From positions 25,243 through 89,242 of the IMG/VR virus record IMGVR_UViG_3300045988_109200: DNA of 64,000 nucleotides. One strand, written 5' to 3'. Within the stretch, counting starts at the first letter, position 1. Each line of letters opens with the position of its first letter. The notes under the pieces were generated by a model. The model did not search any database, was not told the DNA's origin, and saw only the letters and a list, made by a program, of their open reading frames with translations. A program made the position numbers and the translations under genes. Of the stretch, positions 55,810 to 64,000 are shown in pieces. Origin of the DNA: a virus.

Positions 55810-56271
55810 ATGGGAAAGACAATCGATACGTCCGAGCTTCTGTATCGGATGGGCAAGTACGCAGAAATCGATGCTGAGCAGGATAAGCATGATGCGTTTA
55901 TGCATTTCATGCTTCTTTTGACACGCACAATTGAAAAGATGCCGAATGCTGCATTGACTCATAAAAATCCGATTGATGATGAGATTATGGAAAATCAGTA
56001 CGAGCTGACGAACGCAATCTCACTGGTAACTGGCCGCACTCGAAACGACGGCTGGTATCTAACTTGGATTGGCATGACAATGAAAATCGTGCATCTGAAG
56101 ATCGGAGAATCAGCTGGTTTCCGATACATCAAAGATAATGATGGACATGATTATCCGGGCGCAATGCACACATCTTGTGTTGTTGATTATTACATCTCAA
56201 GTGACAAGAAAAATGTTATTGTCCAGACTGAGAATACAGTTTATAAGTTTGAAAAGATCGAGGAGAATTAA
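55810..56271 (+). CDS. hypothetical protein (153 aa)
   Basis: ORF track. Confidence 0.45.
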   Translation: MGKTIDTSELLYRMGKYAEIDAEQDKHDAFMHFMLLLTRTIEKMPNAALTHKNPIDDEIMENQYELTNAISLVTGRTRNDGWYLTWIGMTMKIVHLKIGESAGFRYIKDNDGHDYPGAMHTSCVVDYYISSDKKNVIVQTENTVYKFEKIEEN

Positions 56272-56274
56272 ATT

Positions 56275-56580
56275 ATGGCTAAATATTTTTACGTTTACAA
56301 TATCGCTGGTGTCGAAGATTCTGTTGTGAAGATGTTTAACACTGATACTGGTGCAATGGGCGAGAAGAGTGTCAAGAAGGATCGCATGGATGGTTTTATT
56401 GATGGTATCAAGACGAGCGGCTTTGTTTTGAACAAGGAGCTGGCAGAGGCTGACGTTGCAGAGGCCGAAGCAAAGCGTGTCCTTGCAGAGAAGATGACTT
56501 CTTATCAGGCAGCTCGCGATGACTATCACAACAAGAGTGAGACTTTGAAGAAGGTCAAAGCTAAGTACGGCATTAAGTAA
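56275..56580 (+). CDS. hypothetical protein (101 aa)
   Basis: ORF track. Confidence 0.45.
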   Translation: MAKYFYVYNIAGVEDSVVKMFNTDTGAMGEKSVKKDRMDGFIDGIKTSGFVLNKELAEADVAEAEAKRVLAEKMTSYQAARDDYHNKSETLKKVKAKYGIK

Positions 56581-56592
56581 GGAGAATACATA

Positions 56593-56808
56593 ATGTACGA
56601 TAGATACACTGGGCGCAAAGGCGTTGCTTTGGAAAATCTCATGGACGAAGATTGGAAAACTGCACTTGCCTTACACAAGGAAGATATCCCAAAAGGTGCT
56701 GAGGTGTATATTCAAAAGATGATTCAAAATCTTTATGGATGTTATCTTGTAGTTAAGTATAATAATTCTGTTTATTATGTTAAACCAGAAGGTATTAAGC
56801 TGATTTGA
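56593..56808 (+). CDS. hypothetical protein (71 aa)
   Basis: ORF track; aaggagaatacataATG. Confidence 0.4.
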   Translation: MYDRYTGRKGVALENLMDEDWKTALALHKEDIPKGAEVYIQKMIQNLYGCYLVVKYNNSVYYVKPEGIKLI

Positions 56809-56815
56809 GGTATGT

Positions 56816-57139
56816 ATGAAGTATTACACTGTCGAATCTCATTACGAGAAAGAAGCTCCATTTGGAATTGCATGGCAAGTAAAGCTGTTTGACGGGCATA
56901 CGCTTTTGGAAGAGTACAACCACATCTTCTATAACGAGATTGCTGGCTACTGCAAATGCCTTGAGGATATGGGGTTTATCGAGAATGTCGAAGTGAAACT
57001 GGACATCGAAAGCGAATTGAAGAAGCTACAGGATTTCCAAAAGAGTATCGATGAAATCACGGCGAAGGCCGCGATGCTGGAAAATCCTGCAAAAAGTGTA
57101 GAAACACCTTCAATTAGAACGAAATATTCATTCTGGTAA
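56816..57139 (+). CDS. hypothetical protein (107 aa)
   Basis: ORF track. Confidence 0.45.
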   Translation: MKYYTVESHYEKEAPFGIAWQVKLFDGHTLLEEYNHIFYNEIAGYCKCLEDMGFIENVEVKLDIESELKKLQDFQKSIDEITAKAAMLENPAKSVETPSIRTKYSFW

Positions 57140-57163
57140 AAGGTAAATTTTACGGAGGATAGT

Positions 57164-57634
57164 ATGATTATTGTTGGATATCCGTGTATCGGGAAAAGTA
57201 CATACGCTGTTAGTCACAAATACAAGGCAATCGACCTCGAAAGTAGCAATTTTATCAAAGACGGCAGTTGGGTCGAGTCATATTGTAATGTGGCTATCGG
57301 TTTATCAGAACAGGGTTATGATGTGTTCGTGTCTTCTCATGACGATGTTCGCAAGCAGCTTTTAAAAAGTGGTTATAAGGATATCTTCGCAATTTATCCA
57401 TCACCTGAAATCAAAAACAAATGGCTTGAGAAGCTTAGTTATAGATTTTGGATCACAGACCTTGACAAGGACTATCGTGCATGGCAGAGGGCTTTGCATC
57501 ACTACGATGAGGATGTTGCTTCCTTTAAGGAAGATGCGAAACACTTCTATGGATTTTACGAAATCGGTCACGAATCAGAAGGTGAGTCGTATGATATTGA
57601 ATCTATTCTTGATGAGTTTGAATACGGCTGTTAA
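57164..57634 (+). CDS. P-loop NTPase/nucleotide kinase-like (156 aa)
   Basis: Walker A GYPCIGKST. Confidence 0.45.
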   Translation: MIIVGYPCIGKSTYAVSHKYKAIDLESSNFIKDGSWVESYCNVAIGLSEQGYDVFVSSHDDVRKQLLKSGYKDIFAIYPSPEIKNKWLEKLSYRFWITDLDKDYRAWQRALHHYDEDVASFKEDAKHFYGFYEIGHESEGESYDIESILDEFEYGC

Positions 57635-57672
57635 TTAAGATTTATGGGTGGGTGGGAGGAATAAAAATCATT

Positions 57673-57903
57673 ATGCACAAGACTGATAGTTTGAAAAATC
57701 CGGTAATCGTGTTTCCTTGTAAGAACTGCGGTTGCACAACTAAGATTCGAGTAGCTTCTTTTGAAAGTCCTGATTTGGATATTCCTGAGAATAATGTGAT
57801 TGCGTGCTATAGATGTAGAGCGGAAGTTGCTGGGACTGAGTTTATTTCTTGGAAAGAAGCAACCAAAAATATCTTTACCGTGGAGGTGCCCGATGGCAAT
57901 TAA
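57673..57903 (+). CDS. zinc-ribbon protein (76 aa)
   Basis: CKNCG...CYRCR. Confidence 0.4.
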   Translation: MHKTDSLKNPVIVFPCKNCGCTTKIRVASFESPDLDIPENNVIACYRCRAEVAGTEFISWKEATKNIFTVEVPDGN

Positions 57904-58123
57904 AATTATCAAACATAAAAAAGAACCAGAAAAACTGGCTTATAAATTTTTATGTGATTGCGGTTGTGAGTTTTGGTCTGACGCAGATGGCGTGATTGAA
58001 GTTAGCTCATGCGGGTGTGTTTTTCTTTATCAAACTAAATGCCCTGAATGTGGTTGTACTGTTAGTATGGTGCCGAATCTTGGGCTTAATATAATGCCTA
58101 GAAATAAGATTTTTGATGAATAA
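57893..58123 (+). CDS. zinc-ribbon protein (76 aa)
   Basis: CDCGC...CPECGC. Confidence 0.4.
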   Translation: MAIKIIKHKKEPEKLAYKFLCDCGCEFWSDADGVIEVSSCGCVFLYQTKCPECGCTVSMVPNLGLNIMPRNKIFDE

Positions 58124-58154
58124 AATGTATGTTTTAGAAAGAGGTGAGAAAAAA

Positions 58155-58499
58155 ATGGCTATTTGCAGTAAATGTCTACATAAAGAAGTATGCGCTTATA
58201 GAAAGCAAACAAGAGATAGTTGCGCCGAATCTTGCGAAGACTTTCTCGGTTGGGTTAAGGTCATGGATGAGCGTCCGATTCTTTTAAAAGACAACGTTGT
58301 AATAAGCGATTATGGTCTGTCGTTTATTGGATATTACGATTACAACAAAAGAGATCGAGAGCACTTTTGCGATGCAAACACCCTCGAAAAAATTTATGAA
58401 TGTCCATCTTACTGGCTGAAAGGACTTGATTTACATGAGCAGGAAAAAATCGCTAACAAAGAATACAAGTGTAGGAAATCCAATATGGGACAAGTATGA
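58155..58499 (+). CDS. Cys-rich protein (114 aa)
   Basis: CSKC...C..SC. Confidence 0.4.
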   Translation: MAICSKCLHKEVCAYRKQTRDSCAESCEDFLGWVKVMDERPILLKDNVVISDYGLSFIGYYDYNKRDREHFCDANTLEKIYECPSYWLKGLDLHEQEKIANKEYKCRKSNMGQV

Positions 58500-58794
58500 G
58501 ATTGTGGGAGTCTCTTTTGACACATCAAATAATCCAAACAAGAAGTTCTTCAAGCCGGTTTACATAATGCCGGATGGAGATGTCGTAGCTTGCGATGGGA
58601 CTCACGATTTCAATTATGATCCTAACAAAGAAATTCAAATTGTCCCAAAGGAATCTATCCCATTTTATGGCAAGCCAACAGAGCCTGCTGTTTATTGTGA
58701 TGATGATGGCAACTGTGTGGATGTTGACGGTAATCCTCTCGGTATGAAATGGGACGACTTTATGGAGAAACAGTTCCGAACGGTAAATAAATAA
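58426..58794 (+). CDS. hypothetical protein (122 aa), start uncertain
   Basis: ORF track; overlaps previous gene. Confidence 0.3.
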   Translation: MIYMSRKKSLTKNTSVGNPIWDKYEIVGVSFDTSNNPNKKFFKPVYIMPDGDVVACDGTHDFNYDPNKEIQIVPKESIPFYGKPTEPAVYCDDDGNCVDVDGNPLGMKWDDFMEKQFRTVNK

Positions 58795-58856
58795 CGTATC
58801 ACCGCTATAAAAATTAGAAAATAATACGGTAAAACTAGACTTTTATGAGGTGACTT

Positions 58857-59081
58857 ATGGGTGACTTTGCATTTTGTAGTACATTCACAGAAGACTATAA
58901 ACTATTTTTAGAGAAAATTGAGAATGGCACTCTTACGGAAGAAGAACTAATAGAGTTTGATAAAAAATATGGCTGCAAATTAGAATACACTTATTATGCA
59001 GATCAAACGCTTGAATATCTCAGACATCTTTTTAAACAAAAGAAAAGTATCTATAACAATCCAATCATTAAAAGTCGGTAA
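58857..59081 (+). CDS. hypothetical protein (74 aa)
   Basis: ORF track. Confidence 0.4.
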   Translation: MGDFAFCSTFTEDYKLFLEKIENGTLTEEELIEFDKKYGCKLEYTYYADQTLEYLRHLFKQKKSIYNNPIIKSR

Positions 59082-59086
59082 CGTAA

Positions 59087-59551
59087 ATGGTAAATAAAGA
59101 TTTTTCAATCGAAAAGAATCACTGGGAAATACAAAATCCAGAATGGGAAAGCTATTCTCATTTCATCTGTACTAAAGACCATTATTGGACTGGTGTACAC
59201 GGTATCAGCAACTATTTTCTTCAATATAAAAACCCATGGTCTAATAAGCCCGTTGAGCGTTTTGAAGTGAGCTGGCCGAATTTTGTGGAACATATGTGGT
59301 TTATTCATTGGTATGGTCCATGGGATTATATTTTTGCATCATATAAATTATCCGAAATCAAACGATTTTTAGAACTTGATATTGATGCTATTAAAAATAA
59401 CCATTGGCCGGATGGCCGCTGCACTTGCTACAGTATTTATGACTACGTGACGAAAAAATGGTACTATTTTAAAATCGAAAATCTGGGAACATTTTATAGA
59501 TGCAAGTGTCCGTTGGGTGATGATATGGGGGAGGTGATCAGTTGTGACTAA
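59087..59551 (+). CDS. hypothetical Trp-rich protein (154 aa)
   Basis: ORF track. Confidence 0.45.
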   Translation: MVNKDFSIEKNHWEIQNPEWESYSHFICTKDHYWTGVHGISNYFLQYKNPWSNKPVERFEVSWPNFVEHMWFIHWYGPWDYIFASYKLSEIKRFLELDIDAIKNNHWPDGRCTCYSIYDYVTKKWYYFKIENLGTFYRCKCPLGDDMGEVISCD

Positions 59552-60035
59552 ACAAATAGGCTATTATAAATCCGACTGGTATATTATGGGCATCGACGGA
59601 AAATATAACAACGCCTGTATCTCGCATACAGAATCGCAGCTTCGATATACGGTTCCAAGGTCGCCAGAATGGACCATCAATGGATTGAGTTTTGCTTATC
59701 TTAGAGAACATGGATTTGAAGATTATCCTGAACTCTATGGTATTGTATTCTATGATATGGAATGGTGGCGAAGAAAACGCTATCCGGGTGACTTTTATGT
59801 AGAGATACCAATTTGCGATTTGTGTGCAGATGCCTTTCATTTAAAATGGCGTTGTAAGGAATTTCGTGTACATCAGTGGTCTAACTTGAGGAAAGAAACA
59901 AAGTGGGTGAAAGGCAGAAGCAACTACACTATTTGTGAGCTCGCCCATAAATTACCACATGAAGAGTTTATTGAGTATTTGAAAGACAACGGCATCTATA
60001 TTGTAAATGAAAGTGGTGTTGAACTTGGATGGTAA
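59544..60035 (+). CDS. hypothetical protein (163 aa)
   Basis: ORF track; GTG start. Confidence 0.45.
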   Translation: MTKQIGYYKSDWYIMGIDGKYNNACISHTESQLRYTVPRSPEWTINGLSFAYLREHGFEDYPELYGIVFYDMEWWRRKRYPGDFYVEIPICDLCADAFHLKWRCKEFRVHQWSNLRKETKWVKGRSNYTICELAHKLPHEEFIEYLKDNGIYIVNESGVELGW

Positions 60036-60432
60036 TAACGAAAAACTCACTCTTGGAGAAAAGATCTTGTTTTTGACAGTCGGTGTGCTCATTACTCTTA
60101 TTGTTGGATATTTTGTATGGACGATTGGAGAAGGAATCTATCGCCAGTACAACCCGATTGAATGGACTGCTACTGTTGAAGAGCTAGAACCGGGTATCTA
60201 TGGATATACATCCACTACGGTATCCAATATTCCAGCAGAAAATTATGAGATGCTTACAGTTCTTTGTAATGGCACATACATGAATATCAAAGGCCATGTA
60301 CGGATTGTATACGATAGCAATACTCCGTATATCGAATATAAATCGACCAGTATTGTCAATGCAGACTCTGTGATTATCCATGCACAGAAAGGGCAGATTA
60401 AGAATAACGGAGTTAGCACAGTGAGGCAATAA
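60007..60432 (+). CDS. membrane-anchored protein (141 aa)
   Basis: ORF track; N-terminal TM. Confidence 0.4.
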   Translation: MKVVLNLDGNNEKLTLGEKILFLTVGVLITLIVGYFVWTIGEGIYRQYNPIEWTATVEELEPGIYGYTSTTVSNIPAENYEMLTVLCNGTYMNIKGHVRIVYDSNTPYIEYKSTSIVNADSVIIHAQKGQIKNNGVSTVRQ

Positions 60433-60433
60433 A

Positions 60434-60634
60434 ATGACCAAAGAATTAGGGTTTTATAAAGCCCAAACAGAATATTATAAAAGATCAATCGAAGATCTAC
60501 TGCAACATTATACTGATAGCTGTGGCATGTGTACGGTTAATTTAGATTGTAGTGAATGCGTTGTGGATGATTTTATCAATCAGCTACGAAATATTCTGTA
60601 TAGTAGTAGTGAGTATAAAGGGGAAAACATATGA
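60434..60634 (+). CDS. hypothetical Cys-rich protein (66 aa)
   Basis: ORF track. Confidence 0.35.
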   Translation: MTKELGFYKAQTEYYKRSIEDLLQHYTDSCGMCTVNLDCSECVVDDFINQLRNILYSSSEYKGENI

Positions 60635-60731
60635 AGCTGCTTTTACAGTCTAATGGAGGATTTTCTGGATTTTATAGTAGATTTATTTTGATTGATACAG
60701 ACCTACACAAAATGGTAAAACGGATGGCCTC

Positions 60732-61040
60732 ATGAAAGATGGTCTAACTGGGATAAAATATATTTGGGACTATATCGATAATGAGAAGATTCCAGATATT
60801 GATGATTTTGGCAAATCTCTTTGTCAGGATTTCAATTATGATATTTCACTACTTGAATGTTTTTTACCGACCGCCAAAGTTGTCACTAATGAATCCGTCA
60901 TAATGGACGACATCAATTATGATGTTTATCTATCATCTGAAAACGTTCCGTACAGAAAGTTCAGATTGAATTCTTCATCATATCTTGAAAATGACGCTCT
61001 CAGCGTAAAGCTTAGGAAACTATTTCAGACATTTTTATAA
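60732..61040 (+). CDS. hypothetical protein (102 aa)
   Basis: ORF track. Confidence 0.4.
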   Translation: MKDGLTGIKYIWDYIDNEKIPDIDDFGKSLCQDFNYDISLLECFLPTAKVVTNESVIMDDINYDVYLSSENVPYRKFRLNSSSYLENDALSVKLRKLFQTFL

Positions 61041-61051
61041 ACTAGTGTTTT

Positions 61052-61528
61052 ATGAAGCGTGAAAATAATATTTATGTACAAAGAGCAAAAGCTACAGCAA
61101 AAACAAAACCACTTGTAGATGACATCGTTAAAACACTATCTTCAGAGGAACAGCGGATGCTTGGTGTTTATAACGATGAATATCTAACAATCCCAGCAGG
61201 AGAACATGTTATAAAAAGATTCTTAAAAATCAGTGATAATACTCCTGTTTCGTTTTTTGACCTGTTTGAAGAATGGTCATATATAGATGTAGCGGTTGCA
61301 ACAAGAAATGATAAAAACTATCGAGGGCATGGATATGCATTGAATCTTGCACAATCGGCAATTAAATGGTATACAGCTCACAGGTCAGATTTTGATAATA
61401 AACCGCTATTGTGGATAACTCGAAAAGATAATGTGGCATCAAATCAATTGGCTTTGAAAATTGGGATGCGTCCAGATGATACTTACAATAAATCCAACAA
61501 AGTTTGGAATTGCTACAGATACTCGTAA
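61052..61528 (+). CDS. GNAT-family acetyltransferase-like (158 aa)
   Basis: IDVAVATRNDKNYRGHGYALNLAQSAIKW resembles GNAT motif A (R/QxxGxG/A). Confidence 0.4.
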   Translation: MKRENNIYVQRAKATAKTKPLVDDIVKTLSSEEQRMLGVYNDEYLTIPAGEHVIKRFLKISDNTPVSFFDLFEEWSYIDVAVATRNDKNYRGHGYALNLAQSAIKWYTAHRSDFDNKPLLWITRKDNVASNQLALKIGMRPDDTYNKSNKVWNCYRYS

Positions 61529-61564
61529 TTTTATAAAACTTAGATTCTATAAAGGAGGTTCACA

Positions 61565-62392
61565 ATGATTAATGACTGCAAATCTATTGCACAAGATATC
61601 AAAAACAAAATTAAAAATATTATCGCAGAAGATGACTATGCTCCTATTTTACATATTTATCAAGTAGGAGACAACCCTGCATCCAACGCTTATATTCGCG
61701 GCAAGCTGCGTGACTGTGAAGAGGTTGGAATCGAAGCGGAGCTTATCAAGCTGTCAGAAAATATTACTGAAGATGAATTGAACAACAAGATCTTAGAAGA
61801 TTATAATTGGGAATATGTGGACGGTATCATTGTTCAGCTTCCGTTGCCAAAACATATCAATCCTAAAAATATTTGTATTCCAGATGAACTTGATGTTGAT
61901 GGCTTTAATTCAACATCCGAATTTCAGCCTTGCACTCCGCTTGGCGTTATGAAAATTTTCGATGCGATTGATTATGATCTGGACGGCAAGAATGTGCTTG
62001 TGTGTGGTCAATCTGATATCGTAGGTCGTCCGCTAGTCGATATGCTGATCAGGAGACACTGTAATGTGATCTCTGTTAATAGTACTGGCTCCCGCATGAA
62101 GGCTACAGCTTTTGGATTTGGAATGGTCGATGTCGTCGTTTCTGCTGTTGGAAAACGCAACTTTATCACGCCAAGAGAATTAGATCAAGTTGAAGTGTGT
62201 ATCGATGTTGGTATCAATTATGATGATAATGGGAAACAGCACGGTGACTGCGCTGACGCTGTTTATGATATGAAAGATATCAAAGTGACTCCTCGAATCG
62301 GTGGGGTTGGACTAATGACACGCGCCATGCTACTTTATAATGTATGTGTAGCGAAATATGGTGAGTATAAGATGGAGAAGGTGATTGAATGA
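61565..62392 (+). CDS. folD: bifunctional methylenetetrahydrofolate dehydrogenase/cyclohydrolase FolD (275 aa)
   Basis: YIRGKLRDCEEVGI and GxSxxVGRP-type NAD(P) and substrate motifs typical of FolD. Confidence 0.8.
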   Translation: MINDCKSIAQDIKNKIKNIIAEDDYAPILHIYQVGDNPASNAYIRGKLRDCEEVGIEAELIKLSENITEDELNNKILEDYNWEYVDGIIVQLPLPKHINPKNICIPDELDVDGFNSTSEFQPCTPLGVMKIFDAIDYDLDGKNVLVCGQSDIVGRPLVDMLIRRHCNVISVNSTGSRMKATAFGFGMVDVVVSAVGKRNFITPRELDQVEVCIDVGINYDDNGKQHGDCADAVYDMKDIKVTPRIGGVGLMTRAMLLYNVCVAKYGEYKMEKVIE

Positions 62393-62583
62393 AAGAAGTC
62401 CCAATCTGGGAAAAAACGACGCTTACTGTGGAAGAAGCCGCTGCGTACTCTAATATCGGCACACATAAATTAAGAGAAATTACAGACAAGGACGACAAGC
62501 AGCTTGTGCTGTGGGTTGGATCAAAACGCTTGATTAAACGCAAAGCACTTGAAAAATACATAGACCAGTCTTATTCGATTTGA
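62389..62583 (+). CDS. xis: Tn916-family excisionase Xis-like (64 aa)
   Basis: PIWEKTTLTVEEAAAYSNIG..KLRE....LIKRKALEKYID closely parallels Tn916 Xis; overlaps folD stop. Confidence 0.7.
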   Translation: MKEVPIWEKTTLTVEEAAAYSNIGTHKLREITDKDDKQLVLWVGSKRLIKRKALEKYIDQSYSI

Positions 62584-62656
62584 AATCAGAGCTTTGGTGT
62601 GGTATACTTATAGTGTCACATCAAGGCTCTTTATAGTAAATGTAAGGAGTCTGTTT

Positions 62657-63814
62657 ATGGAAAGACGTAAAGATAGTAAAGGTAGAGTCTTAAAAGACGG
62701 CGAAAGCCAAAGAAAGGATGGAATATATCAATATCGATGGACTGATACAACTGGAAAACGTCACACAATTTATGCGAAAGATTTAAAAGTTCTTCGAGAA
62801 AAAGAAAATAATGCTAGTAAAATAATTTCTCAAAGGATAAACTTTGAAGGCGGTAAAATAACAACATATCAGTTTCTTATAAGATATTACGAATTTAAAA
62901 AAACATCAATAAAGAAATCGAGCTTGAAGACATATCATACAACAATAAACAAGTTGAAAGATACGTCTATTGGTAATACAAAAATTATTGACGTAAAGAT
63001 TTCAGACGCAAAACAACTGATTATTGATTTTAGTCAGAATGGGTTAAAATACAGTACAATAAAAACTATAAAAACACTGATAAAAGCTGCGTTTAAAATG
63101 GCTCAAGAAGATGATTTAATTTTAAAGAATCCGTTTGATTTTCAGCTGAATGAAGTTATAAAAAACGACACTAAAAAAAGAGTCGCATTAACTGAACAAC
63201 AGTATTCTGATTTGCTTGAATTCGTTTTATGTGATCAAGTCTTTCGTAAGTATTATGATGACATCGTATTTTTGTATGAAACTGGAATTCGCGTAAGTGA
63301 ATTTTGTGGATTAACACTTTCGGACATTGATTTTGTGAAACATGAAGTTGTAATTGATAAACAACTCATCAAAACCTCAAAAGGAGAACTCTACATCACA
63401 GATCCAAAATCAAAAGCTGGGTTTCGGACGATTCCATTGAGCGCTGAAGCATATCACGCGATTAAAGCCATTATCAATCGTCGGCCACAAACAAACGAGA
63501 TGATGGTCGATGGTTATTGTGGTTTCATCTCAATTCATTCAAATGGAACCCCGAAGACCTCTTGGAACATTGAATATGAGCTAAGAGAAATTGCAAAGGC
63601 GTATAACAGCCTTTACCCAGAGTGCCAATTACCAAATCTTACACCTCACGTTCTTCGACACACTTTTTGTACCAGAAAAGTTAGCAGCGGCATGAACATC
63701 AAGGCAGTTCAATATCTAATGGGGCATAGCTCAGTACAAATTACGCTCGATGTATACACATCAATCGACGCTGATATGATAAAAACTGAGTTTGCAAAAG
63801 TGGCACAGATGTGA
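62657..63814 (+). CDS. int: Tn916-family tyrosine integrase (385 aa)
   Basis: N-terminus MERRKDSKGRVLKDGESQRKDG and C-terminus LRHTFCT...MGHSS...LDVYT (HxxR, Y) match Tn916 Int. Confidence 0.85.
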   Translation: MERRKDSKGRVLKDGESQRKDGIYQYRWTDTTGKRHTIYAKDLKVLREKENNASKIISQRINFEGGKITTYQFLIRYYEFKKTSIKKSSLKTYHTTINKLKDTSIGNTKIIDVKISDAKQLIIDFSQNGLKYSTIKTIKTLIKAAFKMAQEDDLILKNPFDFQLNEVIKNDTKKRVALTEQQYSDLLEFVLCDQVFRKYYDDIVFLYETGIRVSEFCGLTLSDIDFVKHEVVIDKQLIKTSKGELYITDPKSKAGFRTIPLSAEAYHAIKAIINRRPQTNEMMVDGYCGFISIHSNGTPKTSWNIEYELREIAKAYNSLYPECQLPNLTPHVLRHTFCTRKVSSGMNIKAVQYLMGHSSVQITLDVYTSIDADMIKTEFAKVAQM

Positions 63815-63820
63815 GAGTTA

Positions 63821-63878
63821 CTACACCAATCACTACACCAATTTTGGTGAAAATACGCCAAGATATGCGAAGATATGC
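63821..63878. repeat. direct repeats CTACACCAAT x2 and AGATATGC x2 downstream of int (candidate arm-type sites / element end)
   Basis: seen directly. Confidence 0.4.
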
Positions 63879-64000
63879 CATACCATGCGGCACATAATAG
63901 ATTATTGAATACAAATAATTCACGAATTAACGTAATAAAATGCCGATATGTTAAAAAACTGAAAACTTTCTCATAAAAATTGCAAAACCCCTTGATTTTT

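Overview
This 64 kb window is densely packed with about 135 protein-coding genes, all on the + strand except one MTase fragment. It reads as the replication, recombination and nucleotide-metabolism arm of a large integrated phage-like element, which ends at the right with a Tn916-family xis-int pair. No capsid, tail, terminase or lysis genes are visible, so the structural module must lie outside the window. No CRISPR array was seen.

Recognisable modules, left to right:
- Dozens of small early-type ORFs, including tandem MWDL-start paralogs and many Zn-ribbon proteins.
- A Bro-N antirepressor-like protein.
- An internal tyrosine recombinase.
- DnaD-like, DnaB-like, primase, DHH/RecJ-like, DnaE (Pol III alpha), RecD-like helicase and ATP-dependent DNA ligase.
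- A protein-tyrosine phosphatase, a lambda-PPase-like phosphoesterase and a HAD hydrolase.
- A Lar-like anti-restriction protein.
- A SleB-like wall hydrolase with a membrane anchor.
- A solitary MazF/PemK toxin driven by a perfect sigma70 promoter.
- A 739-aa three-domain Pnkp-like RNA repair enzyme (kinase, metallophosphatase, ligase).
- A tRNA array, about nine genes with two aberrant, interrupted by an HNH endonuclease gene.
- A circularly permuted C5 cytosine methyltransferase split into two divergently oriented halves with +1 frameshifts.
- ThyX, NrdD and NrdG, Dut and FolD.
- Two SPFH/flotillin membrane proteins bracketing nrdD.
- A GNAT acetyltransferase near the right end.

A conserved 21-22 bp motif (consensus TAACTATATAAYACAGGATAC) recurs at least seven times in both orientations in intergenic regions. 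Two copies coincide with perfect TTGACA-17-TATAAT promoters.
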